Origin: Escherichia coli
GTDB taxonomy: Bacteria; Pseudomonadota; Gammaproteobacteria; Enterobacterales; Enterobacteriaceae
Assembly (NCBI RefSeq): GCF_044647545.1
Contig: NZ_CP172818.1
Direction: 5' to 3' (one strand)
Length of the DNA: 64,000 nucleotides
Numbering within the stretch: the first letter of the stretch is position 1; the number at the start of each line of letters is the position of its first letter. Shown piece after piece: positions 52,534-64,000 of the stretch. The position numbers and the translations under genes are program-made. The notes below the pieces were generated by a model. That model was not told the origin of the DNA, did not search any database, and saw only the letters and a list, made by a program, of their open reading frames with translations.

Positions 52534-53571
52534 ATGTTTTCCGCATTGCGCCACCGTACCGCTGCCCTGGCGCTCGGCGTATGCTTTATTCTCCCCGTAC
52601 ACGCCTCGTCACCTAAACCTGGCGATTTTGCTAATACCCAGGCACGACATATTGCTACTTTCTTTCCGGGACGCATGACCGGAACTCCTGCAGAAATGTT
52701 ATCTGCCGATTATATTCGCCAACAGTTTCAGCAAATGGGTTATCGCAGTGATATTCGGACATTTAATAGTCGGTATATTTATACCGCCCGCGATAATCGC
52801 AAGAGCTGGCATAACGTGACGGGAAGTACGGTGATTGCCGCTCATGAAGGCAAAGCTCCGCAGCAGATTATCATTATGGCGCATCTGGATACTTACGCCC
52901 CGCTGAGCGATGCTGACGCCGATGCCAATCTCGGCGGGCTGACGTTACAAGGAATGGATGATAACGCCGCAGGTTTAGGTGTCATGCTGGAATTGGCAGA
53001 ACGCCTGAAAAATACGCCTACCGAGTATGGTATTCGATTTGTGGCGACCAGCGGCGAAGAGGAAGGGAAATTAGGCGCTGAGAATTTACTCAAGCGGATG
53101 AGTGACACCGAAAAGAAAAATACGCTGCTGGTGATTAATCTCGATAACTTAATTGTTGGCGATAAATTGTATTTCAACAGTGGTGTAAAAACCCCTGAAG
53201 CAGTAAGGAAATTAACGCGCGACAGGGCACTGGCAATTGCGCGTAGTCATGGAATTGCCGCAACGACCAATCCGGGTTTGAATAAAAATTATCCGAAGGG
53301 TACTGGCTGTTGTAATGACGCCGAAGTTTTCGACAAAGCCGGTATTGCGGTACTTTCGGTGGAGGCGACCAACTGGAATCTTGGAAATAAGGATGGTTAT
53401 CAGCAACGCTCAAAAACACCGGCCTTCCCGGCGGGAAATAGCTGGCATGATGTAAGGCTTGATAATCAACAGCATATTGATAAGGCGCTTCCTGGAAGAA
53501 TAGAACGTCGTTGCCGTGATGTTATGCGGATAATACTACCGCTGGTGAAGAAACTGGCGAAGGCGTCTTGA
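52534..53571 (+). CDS. iap: alkaline phosphatase isozyme conversion aminopeptidase (M28 family)
   Basis: 345 aa ORF with signal peptide and M28 peptidase metal-binding motifs. Confidence 0.9.
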   Translation: MFSALRHRTAALALGVCFILPVHASSPKPGDFANTQARHIATFFPGRMTGTPAEMLSADYIRQQFQQMGYRSDIRTFNSRYIYTARDNRKSWHNVTGSTVIAAHEGKAPQQIIIMAHLDTYAPLSDADADANLGGLTLQGMDDNAAGLGVMLELAERLKNTPTEYGIRFVATSGEEEGKLGAENLLKRMSDTEKKNTLLVINLDNLIVGDKLYFNSGVKTPEAVRKLTRDRALAIARSHGIAATTNPGLNKNYPKGTGCCNDAEVFDKAGIAVLSVEATNWNLGNKDGYQQRSKTPAFPAGNSWHDVRLDNQQHIDKALPGRIERRCRDVMRIILPLVKKLAKAS

Positions 53572-53652
53572 TGGGTTTGAAAATGGGAGCTGCGAGTTCT
53601 ACCGCAGGGGCGGGGAATTCTAAGTGATATCCATCATCGCATCCAGTGCGCC

Positions 53653-54418
53653 CGGTTTATCCCCGCTGGCGCGGGGAATCGCCGGAAAATATTCATGATG
53701 GGGGTGGTTATGGCGGTTTATCCCCGCTGGCGCGGGGAATCTCGGGGCCGCCGTGTTCACATTTGCCTAATTTCCCGGTTTATCCCCGCTGGCGCGGGGA
53801 ACTCTATCATAAACGAGGTGAATTTATGGAAACTGTACGGTTTATCCCCGCTGGCGCGGGGAACTCGTTAGTTTTCGAAAAAATTGTTTTCTTACGCTGG
53901 TTTATCCCCGCTGGCGCGGGGAACTCAATTATTGTCGTGGACAAATGCCGGTGTTATTGCGGTTTATCCCCGCTGGCGCGGGGAACTCATTCGAGACAAT
54001 CTCTCAAAATTAATGAAATCGGTTTATCCCCGCTGGCGCGGGGAACTCCAGGTATCAAGAAATAATCGAAGCCTTCATGACGGTTTATCCCCGCTGGCGC
54101 GGGGAACTCAATTGATTGCTGGGTGATATTGGAAAATGTTGCGGTTTATCCCCGCTGGCGCGGGGAACTCCTACCGTACAGATCCTGACCGGATATTATT
54201 TTTTTGCGGTTTATCCCCGCTGGCGCGGGGAACTCCGACGTTCGACGAAATGCGCGATGGCGGTCGGCGGTTTATCCCCGCTGGCGCGGGGAACTCTTCT
54301 GCGTCCCCGATGTCTGGCCCGACTGGTCCGGTTTATCCCCGCTGGCGCGGGGAACTCTATATGACCGGAACACTTCCGCCTGACGTTTGCGGTTTATCCC
54401 CGCTGGCGCGGGGAACTC
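53653..54418 (-). CRISPR. type I-E CRISPR array: 13 copies of 29-bp repeat (minus-strand GAGTTCCCCGCGCCAGCGGGGATAAACCG), 12 spacers
   Basis: repeat starts on + strand at 53653, 53714, 53776, 53838, 53898, 53960, 54020, 54081, 54142, 54207, 54268, 54329, 54390; distal repeats degenerate; spacers about 31-33 nt except one of 36 nt. Confidence 0.97.
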
Positions 54419-54523
54419 TCTAAAAGTATACATTTGTTCTTAAAGCATTTTTTCCCATAAAAACAACCCACCAACCTTAATGTAACATTTCCTTATTATT
54501 AAAGATCAGCTAATTCTTTGTTT
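54419..54523 (-). promoter_or_regulatory. AT-rich CRISPR leader between cas2 stop and first repeat
   Basis: 105 bp AT-rich tract adjacent to consensus repeats; the degenerate repeat is at the opposite end. Confidence 0.8.
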
Positions 54524-55727
<1,204 letters not shown>

Positions 55728-55742
55728 TTTATTACACCTAAA

Positions 55743-56342
55743 TCACAGTGGAGCCAAAGATAGCAAGCCACATCCCATCGATTTAGCTGGCCCAATACCT
55801 TGCTGTACAAGATCTATTAACGCTGGCGCGTCGTTGATGGTGATCACCCCTTCAAAGCAAACCGTTTGAATCTTTCCACTTTTACCATCACCAGAAAAAT
55901 ACTGTGGCCGTTCCGATATGGGATGCACATCTTCAACGCGCGCCGCATTGCCCAATTTACGTTGCAACCACGCGATTTGTTCTGCTTCTTTTATTAACGG
56001 AACCCGACAGCGTTTAATATTCCCTTTACTGTCCAGGCGCTTTTGATTGTCGAGAATAGTTTTGATCGGATTTGCCCGAAGCCGAAAATAGAGTGGAACA
56101 CCAACCTGAAGTTGAAATTCAACCTGTTTAGTTTTAATGACTGTCGCAACGGCAGTTGAAACAGGCATTTGCGCTGACTGCAATAAAACATGACAGCCTT
56201 CTGGTGTGTTTCGCTTCTCAACATGAAAAAGAAAATCACGAGCAGCATCCGGTCTGTTTGGAAATAAATGCCATAATCCCTGGTGAAGTTGGTAAAGATC
56301 CCTGCTCCAGGCCCTGGCAATGATGACTTTACTGAGATACAT
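55743..56342 (-). CDS. casE: Cascade pre-crRNA endoribonuclease CasE (Cas6e/Cse3)
   Basis: 199 aa ORF MYLSKVIIARAWSRDLYQLHQGLW. Confidence 0.93.
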   Translation of the reverse strand: MYLSKVIIARAWSRDLYQLHQGLWHLFPNRPDAARDFLFHVEKRNTPEGCHVLLQSAQMPVSTAVATVIKTKQVEFQLQVGVPLYFRLRANPIKTILDNQKRLDSKGNIKRCRVPLIKEAEQIAWLQRKLGNAARVEDVHPISERPQYFSGDGKSGKIQTVCFEGVITINDAPALIDLVQQGIGPAKSMGCGLLSLAPL

Positions 56343-57003
56343 CCATACCTCCTTTAATCACATACCATTCTCGGGAAGCAAATTGTCGAGGTAAGGTGAT
56401 CATCGGTTCGTCGCGCGCCGTAAATTTTAAATAATGCCCTGTAACTGATTCCTCACTATAAATATCGCCGCCAACGGGCTCATAATTTAATAGCGCCTTC
56501 TGAGGATCCGATGCCTTACATGTCCCCAAAAAAAGCGGGTGTGTTAGTGGGCAACTTCTCCGCCCCAGGTAGGGTGTATACCGAGGCTTTAATACTGCTT
56601 TTTCAAGTTCTGAGATAACCATCGTTGCATGGGGTGTTAACCAGAGAGCGACGGTAAAGGAGGCATCACATAAATATTCGCGCCATGTTTGAATCGTTTC
56701 ATGACTTTTCAAACCACGGTAATCTTCTCGCGCTCCAAGGACTGTATGGTAATCACGCAACCCCGTTACAGACACACGACGATCGTCAAGAATGAGTTCA
56801 TCGCAGCGCACTGCAAATTGCACACTCTCTGATAACGCCTGTAATGAAGAAGTATCATCACGTTGGATCCCAAGACAAGCACCGAGTAGCCCTAATAACC
56901 CGCTTCGGGTCGGAAATCTTCCGGTAGGTCGCGTTCCTTCAAAGGTCGGCTGCCCCCAGGCTTGCATTGGCCCAGCAAGCCGCAAGATCAAATAAGATCT
57001 CAT
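56329..57003 (-). CDS. casD: Cascade subunit CasD (Cas5e)
   Basis: ORF trimmed to MRSYLILRLAGPMQAWG; 224 aa. Confidence 0.92.
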   Translation of the reverse strand: MRSYLILRLAGPMQAWGQPTFEGTRPTGRFPTRSGLLGLLGACLGIQRDDTSSLQALSESVQFAVRCDELILDDRRVSVTGLRDYHTVLGAREDYRGLKSHETIQTWREYLCDASFTVALWLTPHATMVISELEKAVLKPRYTPYLGRRSCPLTHPLFLGTCKASDPQKALLNYEPVGGDIYSEESVTGHYLKFTARDEPMITLPRQFASREWYVIKGGMDVSQ

Positions 57004-57005
57004 GT

Positions 57006-58097
57006 TCACGCCTCGCCATTATTACGAACCCAGGATTTTAACTGTTCTAAAGTAGGCATTTGTTTAACTTGAGCAGTAATTGGGTCTACATCAGATAAGC
57101 TGAATTGCGCAGCAGCTCCGTTCAGACCATATCCATTGGCAACGCGATCCCAATATTGATTAAAAGCCTGTATAGACGGTTGCAAAAAGCCATCTTTCGC
57201 TTTAACCGCTTTTTCAAAAGCATTTGCCATAGAAAGTGGCATATCGGAGAAATTAACCATTACCATATCCGCAGGGTTAAAAGCGGCATAAGTACGCTGT
57301 TTTGCTCCAGGGACCTCTGTTGCCAGCATATGAACAACATGGGTTGCAATTTCCAGAGCCTGCTCCCTGGAGGCACCACCTAAATTTTCCTGAAGTTGAG
57401 CGAGGTTAATGTTGGCATAACGATAAAAAACACCCGATGAAAATTCCTGAGTTCCCAGATGTGCAGAACCTTGTTCCTGTAAATCATCTACAGCGGTGAA
57501 CCAGTCAATATCAGAATCAACCTGATGAGTAGTGATCGCATGCGCAATGGACATTGCACCATCAACTTTTCCCAACTCACTCATCATGCCGCTGGTTGCC
57601 ATTCTTCCACTAAGCGCAATATCAACACCCTGCTGTAAATTCACACGTATGGCGGCAATATCTTCCTTAAGAACTTTGAGCAGCTTTTTATCATCCAGAT
57701 TATCAGCCTCTGCTTTTGCAACCTGCTCACAGAACCAGGCTATTTCTCCCACAACCCAGGGAGTAACCGCATCGGCAGAAATCTTTTCGGCTTCATCAAC
57801 TAATTTACCGGAGAGCAGCGCTAATGTCTTATCGATGATTTTTTGGTCAAAACGTTCACCAAGTTTTTGCCGAAGAACATCACGTAATTGTGCAAGATGA
57901 ATTGTTCTGAGACTGGATTCACCAATATTTTGTGCGTAATAATCACTTTTACGCATCGCACGTTTAAGGCTTTGACTTGAAATTCTTACTCGTCTTTTCC
58001 CGCCGAAAATAGCGTCTTTCTGCATGTTCATATCGTCGCGGTTCAGACATGAAGGGCTGTGAGAAATCAGAACATGAATATTGATAAAGTTAGACAT
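57006..58097 (-). CDS. casC: Cascade backbone subunit CasC (Cas7e/Cse4)
   Basis: 363 aa [25 protein letters not shown]. Confidence 0.93.
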   Translation of the reverse strand: MSNFINIHVLISHSPSCLNRDDMNMQKDAIFGGKRRVRISSQSLKRAMRKSDYYAQNIGESSLRTIHLAQLRDVLRQKLGERFDQKIIDKTLALLSGKLVDEAEKISADAVTPWVVGEIAWFCEQVAKAEADNLDDKKLLKVLKEDIAAIRVNLQQGVDIALSGRMATSGMMSELGKVDGAMSIAHAITTHQVDSDIDWFTAVDDLQEQGSAHLGTQEFSSGVFYRYANINLAQLQENLGGASREQALEIATHVVHMLATEVPGAKQRTYAAFNPADMVMVNFSDMPLSMANAFEKAVKAKDGFLQPSIQAFNQYWDRVANGYGLNGAAAQFSLSDVDPITAQVKQMPTLEQLKSWVRNNGEA

Positions 58098-58109
58098 AGA
58101 AAGGTTTCC

Positions 58110-58592
58110 TTACGCATTTTTGTTTGTGGTCAATACAAAATCTTCCAGAAGTTGCTGGCGTTCGCGCTTTCCCCACCAGGTCAACATCCTGGCCATTAAT
58201 GGCCAGTCAAGTACGGGTTCGGCGTGAGTAAGTAATCGACGTAACTGGACCATATCGGCTGTTCTGTCAGCCCGAATTAATTGAAAGATACGGCGCTCGT
58301 TAATTCTTCCACTATTGGCTAAAGCTCTTCCCAACGAGATACCTGTTGTTTGCTCCGGTTTTTTGTCCTGATGTCGGATGACATTCTTTCCTGCGCTCAG
58401 GCAAAACACCATGCGCAAAAGAGCCTGCTGGTGACGTGGGTTTTCCCAACCAAAAGGTTGCACCAGCCTATAAAACGCAGGGATATCGCGTAATTCATCA
58501 GGTTCTGAAACACGTCTAATTTGCGCACATGCTCCATTATCCAGTTGTTGCCAGGCTCGATATAAAGCCATTGCATCAATTTCATCAGCCAT
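58110..58592 (-). CDS. casB: Cascade small subunit CasB (Cse2)
   Basis: 160 aa ORF MADEIDAMALYRAWQQL. Confidence 0.93.
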   Translation of the reverse strand: MADEIDAMALYRAWQQLDNGACAQIRRVSEPDELRDIPAFYRLVQPFGWENPRHQQALLRMVFCLSAGKNVIRHQDKKPEQTTGISLGRALANSGRINERRIFQLIRADRTADMVQLRRLLTHAEPVLDWPLMARMLTWWGKRERQQLLEDFVLTTNKNA

Positions 58593-60093
58593 TTGATGGC
58601 CCTCCTTGCGGTTTTAACTCCCGTAAATGTTTGTATAGCGTGGCGCGGGCAAGCGCTAATGTGCTTATTAATTTAGGATGATGTGCATAGGGAGCTTCAG
58701 ATTGATTAAATAGCATTTCACACAATTGATGAAGTTTGTCTCGTAAATCAGCTATTACCTCATCAGCTTGGGAAAAATTAATATTCGCCAGTACATCGGG
58801 AATTAATAATTCACTCTGTCGATAGAAATGCCTTTCTGCAGTCTCATGAACAGAGACTCCGGCCCCTTTGAAATCTTTATTTTTAAACCCTTCTGCAAAG
58901 GTATATAACGCCTTGCGTAAGGCTGTTTTATATCCCAAACCAACAGTCACTATTTCGTTTATCACATTGCCGTATTGTTGCCACCCCTGATTAAACATCA
59001 ACACATCATGACGCCGTTCAAGAATAGATGCTTGATTATTACGATATCCCCCCATAATCAATTCAAGAGGACTTTGCGGCGCAATATTTCTGAATTGATT
59101 CACAACCGCCGCCACGCGATTTCCATTTTCATTTTGAATAATCTTATCTACCACAACTCGGCTGATTTGTGTCCATGATGGTGCGGAGGTGGTGAAAGCA
59201 AGAAATTTTTCCTCAACCTCCCCTTTCTTGACTGTTACCAGACAAGGGGAATGCGGATGGGGCCATAGCCCATTAACTGTAAAGGTAAATTTTTCCTTAA
59301 GAAAACCGGTATAACGCAAATTGCTTTCCTGTCCACAGCAAGAACATTTACCAATCCCAATGGGATCGCATAATTCAATATGCGCTGGTTGCCAGAATAA
59401 GCCACGGACAAACCCAATTGACGAAGCTGGCACAGATTCATTGGGTTTGACAGGCTTAACCCAGGTAGGTTGGTTTTCCGTATGTAATTCATTGGGAAAT
59501 TGTTTTTGAAGACGAGGTATTGTGAGGACATTGAGTAATACCGTCGAGCGAAGATCGATCCCACATACGAAGGTGGTTATAGGTGTTCCTCCACGTAAAC
59601 CGCTTTTAAAGCCACCACCAAAACCAGGTGCCTGATTCGCCTGGTTGAATAACGCAATCGCAGTGCATCCACCACATAATGCTTCACCCTGCCCCGGTTG
59701 ATTGACAAATGCACAATTCGTCGCGCCGCTTACCCCAGCCAACAGTTTTTCCATTGGAGTCACATCATTTGCTTTGACACCTTTGGTCTGCATAAAGGGA
59801 TGTTCTGCGTGATTAAGGTAGAACATATCTATCCACGGCGCGATGAGTTGTTGAAACTCATCTTCAGTGAGCGGATTCATTATGCGATGTCGAAATTCAA
59901 CGTCATCTTTTGCCGGGGCGATAATTTGCCCAATGCAAACCAGCAGTGCTAAAGCGGCCAGTTCCATATCGTCACGGGGCAAACTTAATCGCCACTGATC
60001 TCTACTGCAGTATAGCGATTGCAGATTTATGATTTGGACTTCCCCCCCGTTTCGCGGGCGTACAGGGATCCAGTTATCAATAAGCAAATTCAT
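58585..60093 (-). CDS. casA: Cascade large subunit CasA (Cse1)
   Basis: 502 aa ORF MNLLIDNWIPVRPRNGGEVQIINLQSLY. Confidence 0.93.
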   Translation of the reverse strand: MNLLIDNWIPVRPRNGGEVQIINLQSLYCSRDQWRLSLPRDDMELAALALLVCIGQIIAPAKDDVEFRHRIMNPLTEDEFQQLIAPWIDMFYLNHAEHPFMQTKGVKANDVTPMEKLLAGVSGATNCAFVNQPGQGEALCGGCTAIALFNQANQAPGFGGGFKSGLRGGTPITTFVCGIDLRSTVLLNVLTIPRLQKQFPNELHTENQPTWVKPVKPNESVPASSIGFVRGLFWQPAHIELCDPIGIGKCSCCGQESNLRYTGFLKEKFTFTVNGLWPHPHSPCLVTVKKGEVEEKFLAFTTSAPSWTQISRVVVDKIIQNENGNRVAAVVNQFRNIAPQSPLELIMGGYRNNQASILERRHDVLMFNQGWQQYGNVINEIVTVGLGYKTALRKALYTFAEGFKNKDFKGAGVSVHETAERHFYRQSELLIPDVLANINFSQADEVIADLRDKLHQLCEMLFNQSEAPYAHHPKLISTLALARATLYKHLRELKPQGGPSNG

Positions 60094-60507
60094 TTGTTCT
60101 CCTTCATATGCTCCGACATTTCTCCTGCATTTCTATACGTCGGCACACTTCCGTTATCGGTAAAAACAAAGAAAAAATACGGCGTAATTAATTCAATAAT
60201 CACATTCACTGCAAAAATATATTCATTGGTTTAATACAATTAACCTATGCATATATTAAGATGTGTTGAATTGTTTAAAGACAATAATGCATGCATTTCA
60301 AATCTGCAAGTTATTCGTTTTATTATCAAAGAAATTTTTAGTTATAATAATTACCATAAATTTTATTACATAAAATATTCATACTGTGAATATAAAATCT
60401 CATACCGGGAAATTAAAAGAAGATGTACATTGTGCACCTTCCCTACTTAAGTAGGGATAAACCGTTATTGGTCTTGTTATCGTCATTGATACCAATCATT
60501 CCCGAAG
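60094..60507. promoter_or_regulatory. AT-rich casA-cas3 intergenic region; expected site of Pcas promoter and H-NS/LeuO control
   Basis: 414 bp, strongly AT-rich, upstream of casA; contains 16-bp perfect palindrome ccctacttaagtaggg at 60441..60456; regulatory roles are from established K-12 literature, not read from sequence. Confidence 0.6.
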
Positions 60508-63174
60508 TTATTTGGGATTTGCAGGGATGACTCTGGTCATCCCTTCATCCCGAGTGTAGGTAATAACAATATTATTACCCTGCCAGATCCATCCATCCTG
60601 ATTCTGTTTCCCTTCCAGCCAAAGTACCCCATCTTCATCTACTACTTCAGAAAAATTACGTTTCCAGGTGAAGGGTACATTGACGCGATTAAGTGCTAAC
60701 GCCTCATACTGCTGTTCATGACTTAGGTCCTCGTAGACCTGGCCATCGAGCAGTTGTTTACCTGAAGACGTTTGTAAATAAGGCAATAATGGCAGGCTCA
60801 TTTCCCCATCCCTCGTTACCGCAAGAATTGTTTCATCGTTATCCTGCAAGCTATATTCTTCAGCCCACTGCAGAACCTTGCGAGCCTTGAACCTCTTTTC
60901 ACACTCAGCACTTTCATACTTATCCATGCCTTTGATGACCCATTCTGGCTCATCCATTTCAGCATCATCGTAAATGCTATCCAGCCATTGCCGGTAGGCA
61001 TCAGGGAAAAATAAGGATGCTCCATTAAGTTCCTCAATATGTTGCTGCGTCCGCCACATGACTCTAACGTTGCTATAAATATGCTCATGTCGTCCGTAAC
61101 CTTCGCCATCAGGCAGCAAAACGCTGGCAAGAGGAACCTCAAAACCAGCGGGACGATATTTGCGATGATGGCGATGTAAACGGCCCAATCGTTGGAAAAG
61201 TAAATCTGCGGGGCAATGCTGAGTAATTAACCAATCAAAATCAACGTCGAGTGATTGTTCCACGACCTGGGTGGCGACAAGTATCCGTCCAACATTTCGC
61301 TTCCCATTTTTGCCGAAATTGCTAATAACTCGATTCTCTTTTTCACGACGATCGTTCAGCGTAAAGCGCGCATGAAACAAATCTATATCTACTTGCGTGT
61401 TATTTAGTTCCTTTAACCGTTGGTGGCATAGTTGTGCAACATCAACCAAATTGCAGATAAGACAGACTTGTGCACCCGCATTTGCCGCTACGATCATTCG
61501 CTCTAACATCCTAAGGTCAGGTAACATGTCAGCTAAATAAATAGGTTCTGGCCGAATCGAAAAGCGGGGCGGGAGTTGTTCTGAATGAGCTAACAGATCA
61601 AAACGTTGTGCACCATTCACACCTCGCCAGTTAATGAGTGGATATGCGGAGTTATTTTCCTCTGGATCTGTATGCAGACCATAAGTATCCAGAAGTTTCT
61701 GTTTTTGTTTCATTGGTAGAGTTGCGGAAAGAAGAATAACACTCCCCCCCACATCAGCCTGAGCCTTGAGCACAGCCTCCAGCAAGCCGTTCATATACGT
61801 GTCGTAAGCATGAACTTCATCAACAATTAAAACACTTCGACCAATTCCCAAACCACGGATAAAGCGGTGTTTAACTGGCAATACCGATATCAACACCTGA
61901 TCAATCGTGCAAACGCCGATTTGCCCAAGAAACACTTTCTTATTGCTTTGTGACAACCACTGACAACACTGAACCCATGCTTCTTCTTGCCCCTGCTCAG
62001 TAAATGCGCGTGATTTTATTGATTGAAAAAGGTGGTTAAAACGTGAATTACCATGAGCAAGAATAAGATTTGGGGAGGTAAATAAACGGCTCGCGTTCGC
62101 TTCCATTCTGCTGAGCATTGCATTTGCAGTAGCTTGTGTAGGGAGGGCAAAAATAACACTATCCGCAAGTTGTTGGTCAATAAGTTTCCAGGCATAGGCC
62201 AGCGCTGTTTCGGTTTTACCTGATCCCGTAGGTGCCTCAATCACCGTCAGCCCGGGAGCTGCAGGAAGAGCATCAACTAACACTTGTAATTGTCTGGGTT
62301 GATAGCCATTGTCCAGTAGAGCATGAACACCTTCATAACATCGCTTATTTGATACAAGGCCGCTCAACTCCAATACCCGGCTCGCATCCTGCTGTCGGTC
62401 CTGGAAATACGTTCTTAGAGCATTTATGTTGGAAGGTGCATCCTCTTTAAACAGAAAGGTATTCGTTGTAGTCCAGGAGCCTAACCAGTCAGCAAGCGAG
62501 CAAAAACCTGCTAACAGTGATGAACAATCAGGTGGTATATCGTTTATAGATAACCCGGCTGGCGTTAAAAATAATGCTTCGAGTACAGATATCCACTCCT
62601 CACGAGCCTGTTTATCTTGCGCAGCATAAGATGCCAGAGAAGCTGGCATTTCCCAACGCGACTTATCTTGATCCTGGGAATGTAATATAAAACCATGATG
62701 TCCTGTAACGGCCTCTACCCATGGAAACCAGGACTCATAAGGATGAGGAGCGGCATCAAAAAAACTGAAAAAATCCCCGGGAGATTGCTCTGAAAGTGAA
62801 TCCTGGTTAAACCAATACAGACCGGCTGCACCATGATTAAATTTACGGCACATTTGTGTTGATGGACCATTAAGTGATGGCGTTGCAGGATTTAATTTCA
62901 GCCAACTTTCTGCTGATTTATATTGGAATCGTATATCAAACTTTCCGATATCATGAAGGGCAATGAAAAATAACAGCCAGGCTTTCACCATCTGTTTTGA
63001 TAGCATTTCATTTTGGCAAAAAGCATTTTGTAGTACGACTGATTGTTCCCACCAGCAATCTGCAACAGCTGCAACATCCAGGCAATGATAAATCAACAGA
63101 TGAATATCATTTCCTTTCGTCAGGCTTTTTGAGGATTTCCCCCAGTAATGACATATATATTTAAAAGGTTCCAT
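60508..63174 (-). CDS. cas3: CRISPR-associated nuclease/helicase Cas3
   Basis: 888 aa ORF with N-terminal HD nuclease motif (ALHDIGKFD) and SF2 helicase Walker A (APTGSGKTE) and DEVH box (LIVDEVHAYD). Confidence 0.95.
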   Translation of the reverse strand: MEPFKYICHYWGKSSKSLTKGNDIHLLIYHCLDVAAVADCWWEQSVVLQNAFCQNEMLSKQMVKAWLLFFIALHDIGKFDIRFQYKSAESWLKLNPATPSLNGPSTQMCRKFNHGAAGLYWFNQDSLSEQSPGDFFSFFDAAPHPYESWFPWVEAVTGHHGFILHSQDQDKSRWEMPASLASYAAQDKQAREEWISVLEALFLTPAGLSINDIPPDCSSLLAGFCSLADWLGSWTTTNTFLFKEDAPSNINALRTYFQDRQQDASRVLELSGLVSNKRCYEGVHALLDNGYQPRQLQVLVDALPAAPGLTVIEAPTGSGKTETALAYAWKLIDQQLADSVIFALPTQATANAMLSRMEANASRLFTSPNLILAHGNSRFNHLFQSIKSRAFTEQGQEEAWVQCCQWLSQSNKKVFLGQIGVCTIDQVLISVLPVKHRFIRGLGIGRSVLIVDEVHAYDTYMNGLLEAVLKAQADVGGSVILLSATLPMKQKQKLLDTYGLHTDPEENNSAYPLINWRGVNGAQRFDLLAHSEQLPPRFSIRPEPIYLADMLPDLRMLERMIVAANAGAQVCLICNLVDVAQLCHQRLKELNNTQVDIDLFHARFTLNDRREKENRVISNFGKNGKRNVGRILVATQVVEQSLDVDFDWLITQHCPADLLFQRLGRLHRHHRKYRPAGFEVPLASVLLPDGEGYGRHEHIYSNVRVMWRTQQHIEELNGASLFFPDAYRQWLDSIYDDAEMDEPEWVIKGMDKYESAECEKRFKARKVLQWAEEYSLQDNDETILAVTRDGEMSLPLLPYLQTSSGKQLLDGQVYEDLSHEQQYEALALNRVNVPFTWKRNFSEVVDEDGVLWLEGKQNQDGWIWQGNNIVITYTRDEGMTRVIPANPK

Positions 63175-63532
63175 TAATAGCCTCCCTGTTTTTTTAGTAT
63201 TATCGATGATATCAGTGGACTATTTTTCGATGCTGCTCATAAATATCGAATTACAGTGATATACACATGTCTTGCCTCCCTGCAAAGAAGAGACTAACAT
63301 CCGAATTGCTTAGGTTCGAACGCTGGCCTCAGGTTGATAGAAATATCGCCTGGGGCTTTTGTCCATCTGGTACCTCGCGAATGCTTAATGCCAGACAGCC
63401 TCAAGCACCCAACGCCATTCTATACCTGTTAATTCTTCCAACGACGTTCACGTTTAAAATCAGGAATGCTGCTCGCAAAATAAAAACGCCCCCATCATTT
63501 CTGACAGAGGCGTTTAATTTATCCGGCAATAT

Positions 63533-64000
63533 TTACCCTTCGTGTAATCCACATTCCCTTTTTAAGCCAAAGAAACGCGTTTCTTCTTCCGCCATGCCGG
63601 GTTCCCATTTACGGGTTGTATGGGTATCGCCCACCGATAAATATCCTTCGTCCCATAATGGGTGATATTTCAGGCCATGTTTTTGCAGGTACTGATATAT
63701 CGTTCGGTTATTCCAGTCGATAATCGGCAGCACTTTAAATACGCCACGCTGAATTGCCAGCACCGGTAAATTGGCGCGGCTGCCGGATTGTTCACGGCGC
63801 AGGCCAGCAAACCACGTTTGCGCATTCAGTTCTTTCAGCGCCCGGTTCATCGGTTCGACTTTGTTGATGTCATTGTACTTTTCAATGCCTTCAACGCCCT
63901 GCTCCCACAGTTTGCCGTAGCGTGCTTCCTGCCAGGCGGCGCTTTCAGTAGCACGGTACACTTTCAGGTTGAGCTTGAGTTTGTCCGTTAACTCGTCAAT
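63533..64000 (-). CDS. cysH: phosphoadenosine phosphosulfate reductase, C-terminal part (N-terminus lies beyond window end)
   Basis: ORF 63533..63961 and upstream in-frame sequence match CysH C-terminus (...ECGLHEG); truncated by window edge. Confidence 0.9.
   Translation of the reverse strand: MDELTDKLKLNLKVYRATESAAWQEARYGKLWEQGVEGIEKYNDINKVEPMNRALKELNAQTWFAGLRREQSGSRANLPVLAIQRGVFKVLPIIDWNNRTIYQYLQKHGLKYHPLWDEGYLSVGDTHTTRKWEPGMAEEETRFFGLKRECGLHEG

Noticed and set aside
53646-54423. Several overlapping 80-140 aa ORFs with repeated LSPLARG / YPRWRGEL peptides
   Set aside because: They are translations of the CRISPR repeat in different frames, not genes.
60247-60450. 67-aa ORF in casA upstream region
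   Set aside because: AT-rich regulatory DNA; Tyr/Ile/Lys/Asn-rich product typical of random AT-rich frames; no RBS.
63267-63665. 132-aa plus-strand ORF
   Set aside because: Overlaps the cysH 3' end in antisense and the cas3-cysH intergenic region; no motifs.

Overview
This 64 kb window reads as an Escherichia coli K-12-like chromosomal segment with gene order mltB, srlAEBD-gutM-srlR-gutQ, norR/norVW, hypF-hydN, ascG/ascFB, hycIHGFEDCBA, hypABCDE-fhlA, ygbA, mutS, pphB, ygbI/ygbJKLMN, rpoS-nlpD-pcm-surE-truD-ispF-ispD-ftsB, ygbE, cysCND, iap, a CRISPR array, the complete type I-E cas operon (cas2, cas1, casEDCBA, cas3) and the start of cysH. Gene calls rest on reading the supplied ORF translations and recognising the protein families and motifs; no database search was run and all coordinates were hand-counted. 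I found no convincing evidence of a new, undescribed system: the only defence locus is the canonical type I-E CRISPR-Cas. The items most worth a second look are sequence anomalies: a homopolymer-rich low-complexity block at about 32140-32390 downstream of fhlA, preceded by a decayed molbindin-like ORF start, and premature stops with compensating frameshifts in ygbI and ygbJ. Both patterns could be sequencing error rather than biology. Also noted are one oversized CRISPR spacer with degenerate distal repeats, and a recurring inverted-repeat motif at three formate-regulon positions.
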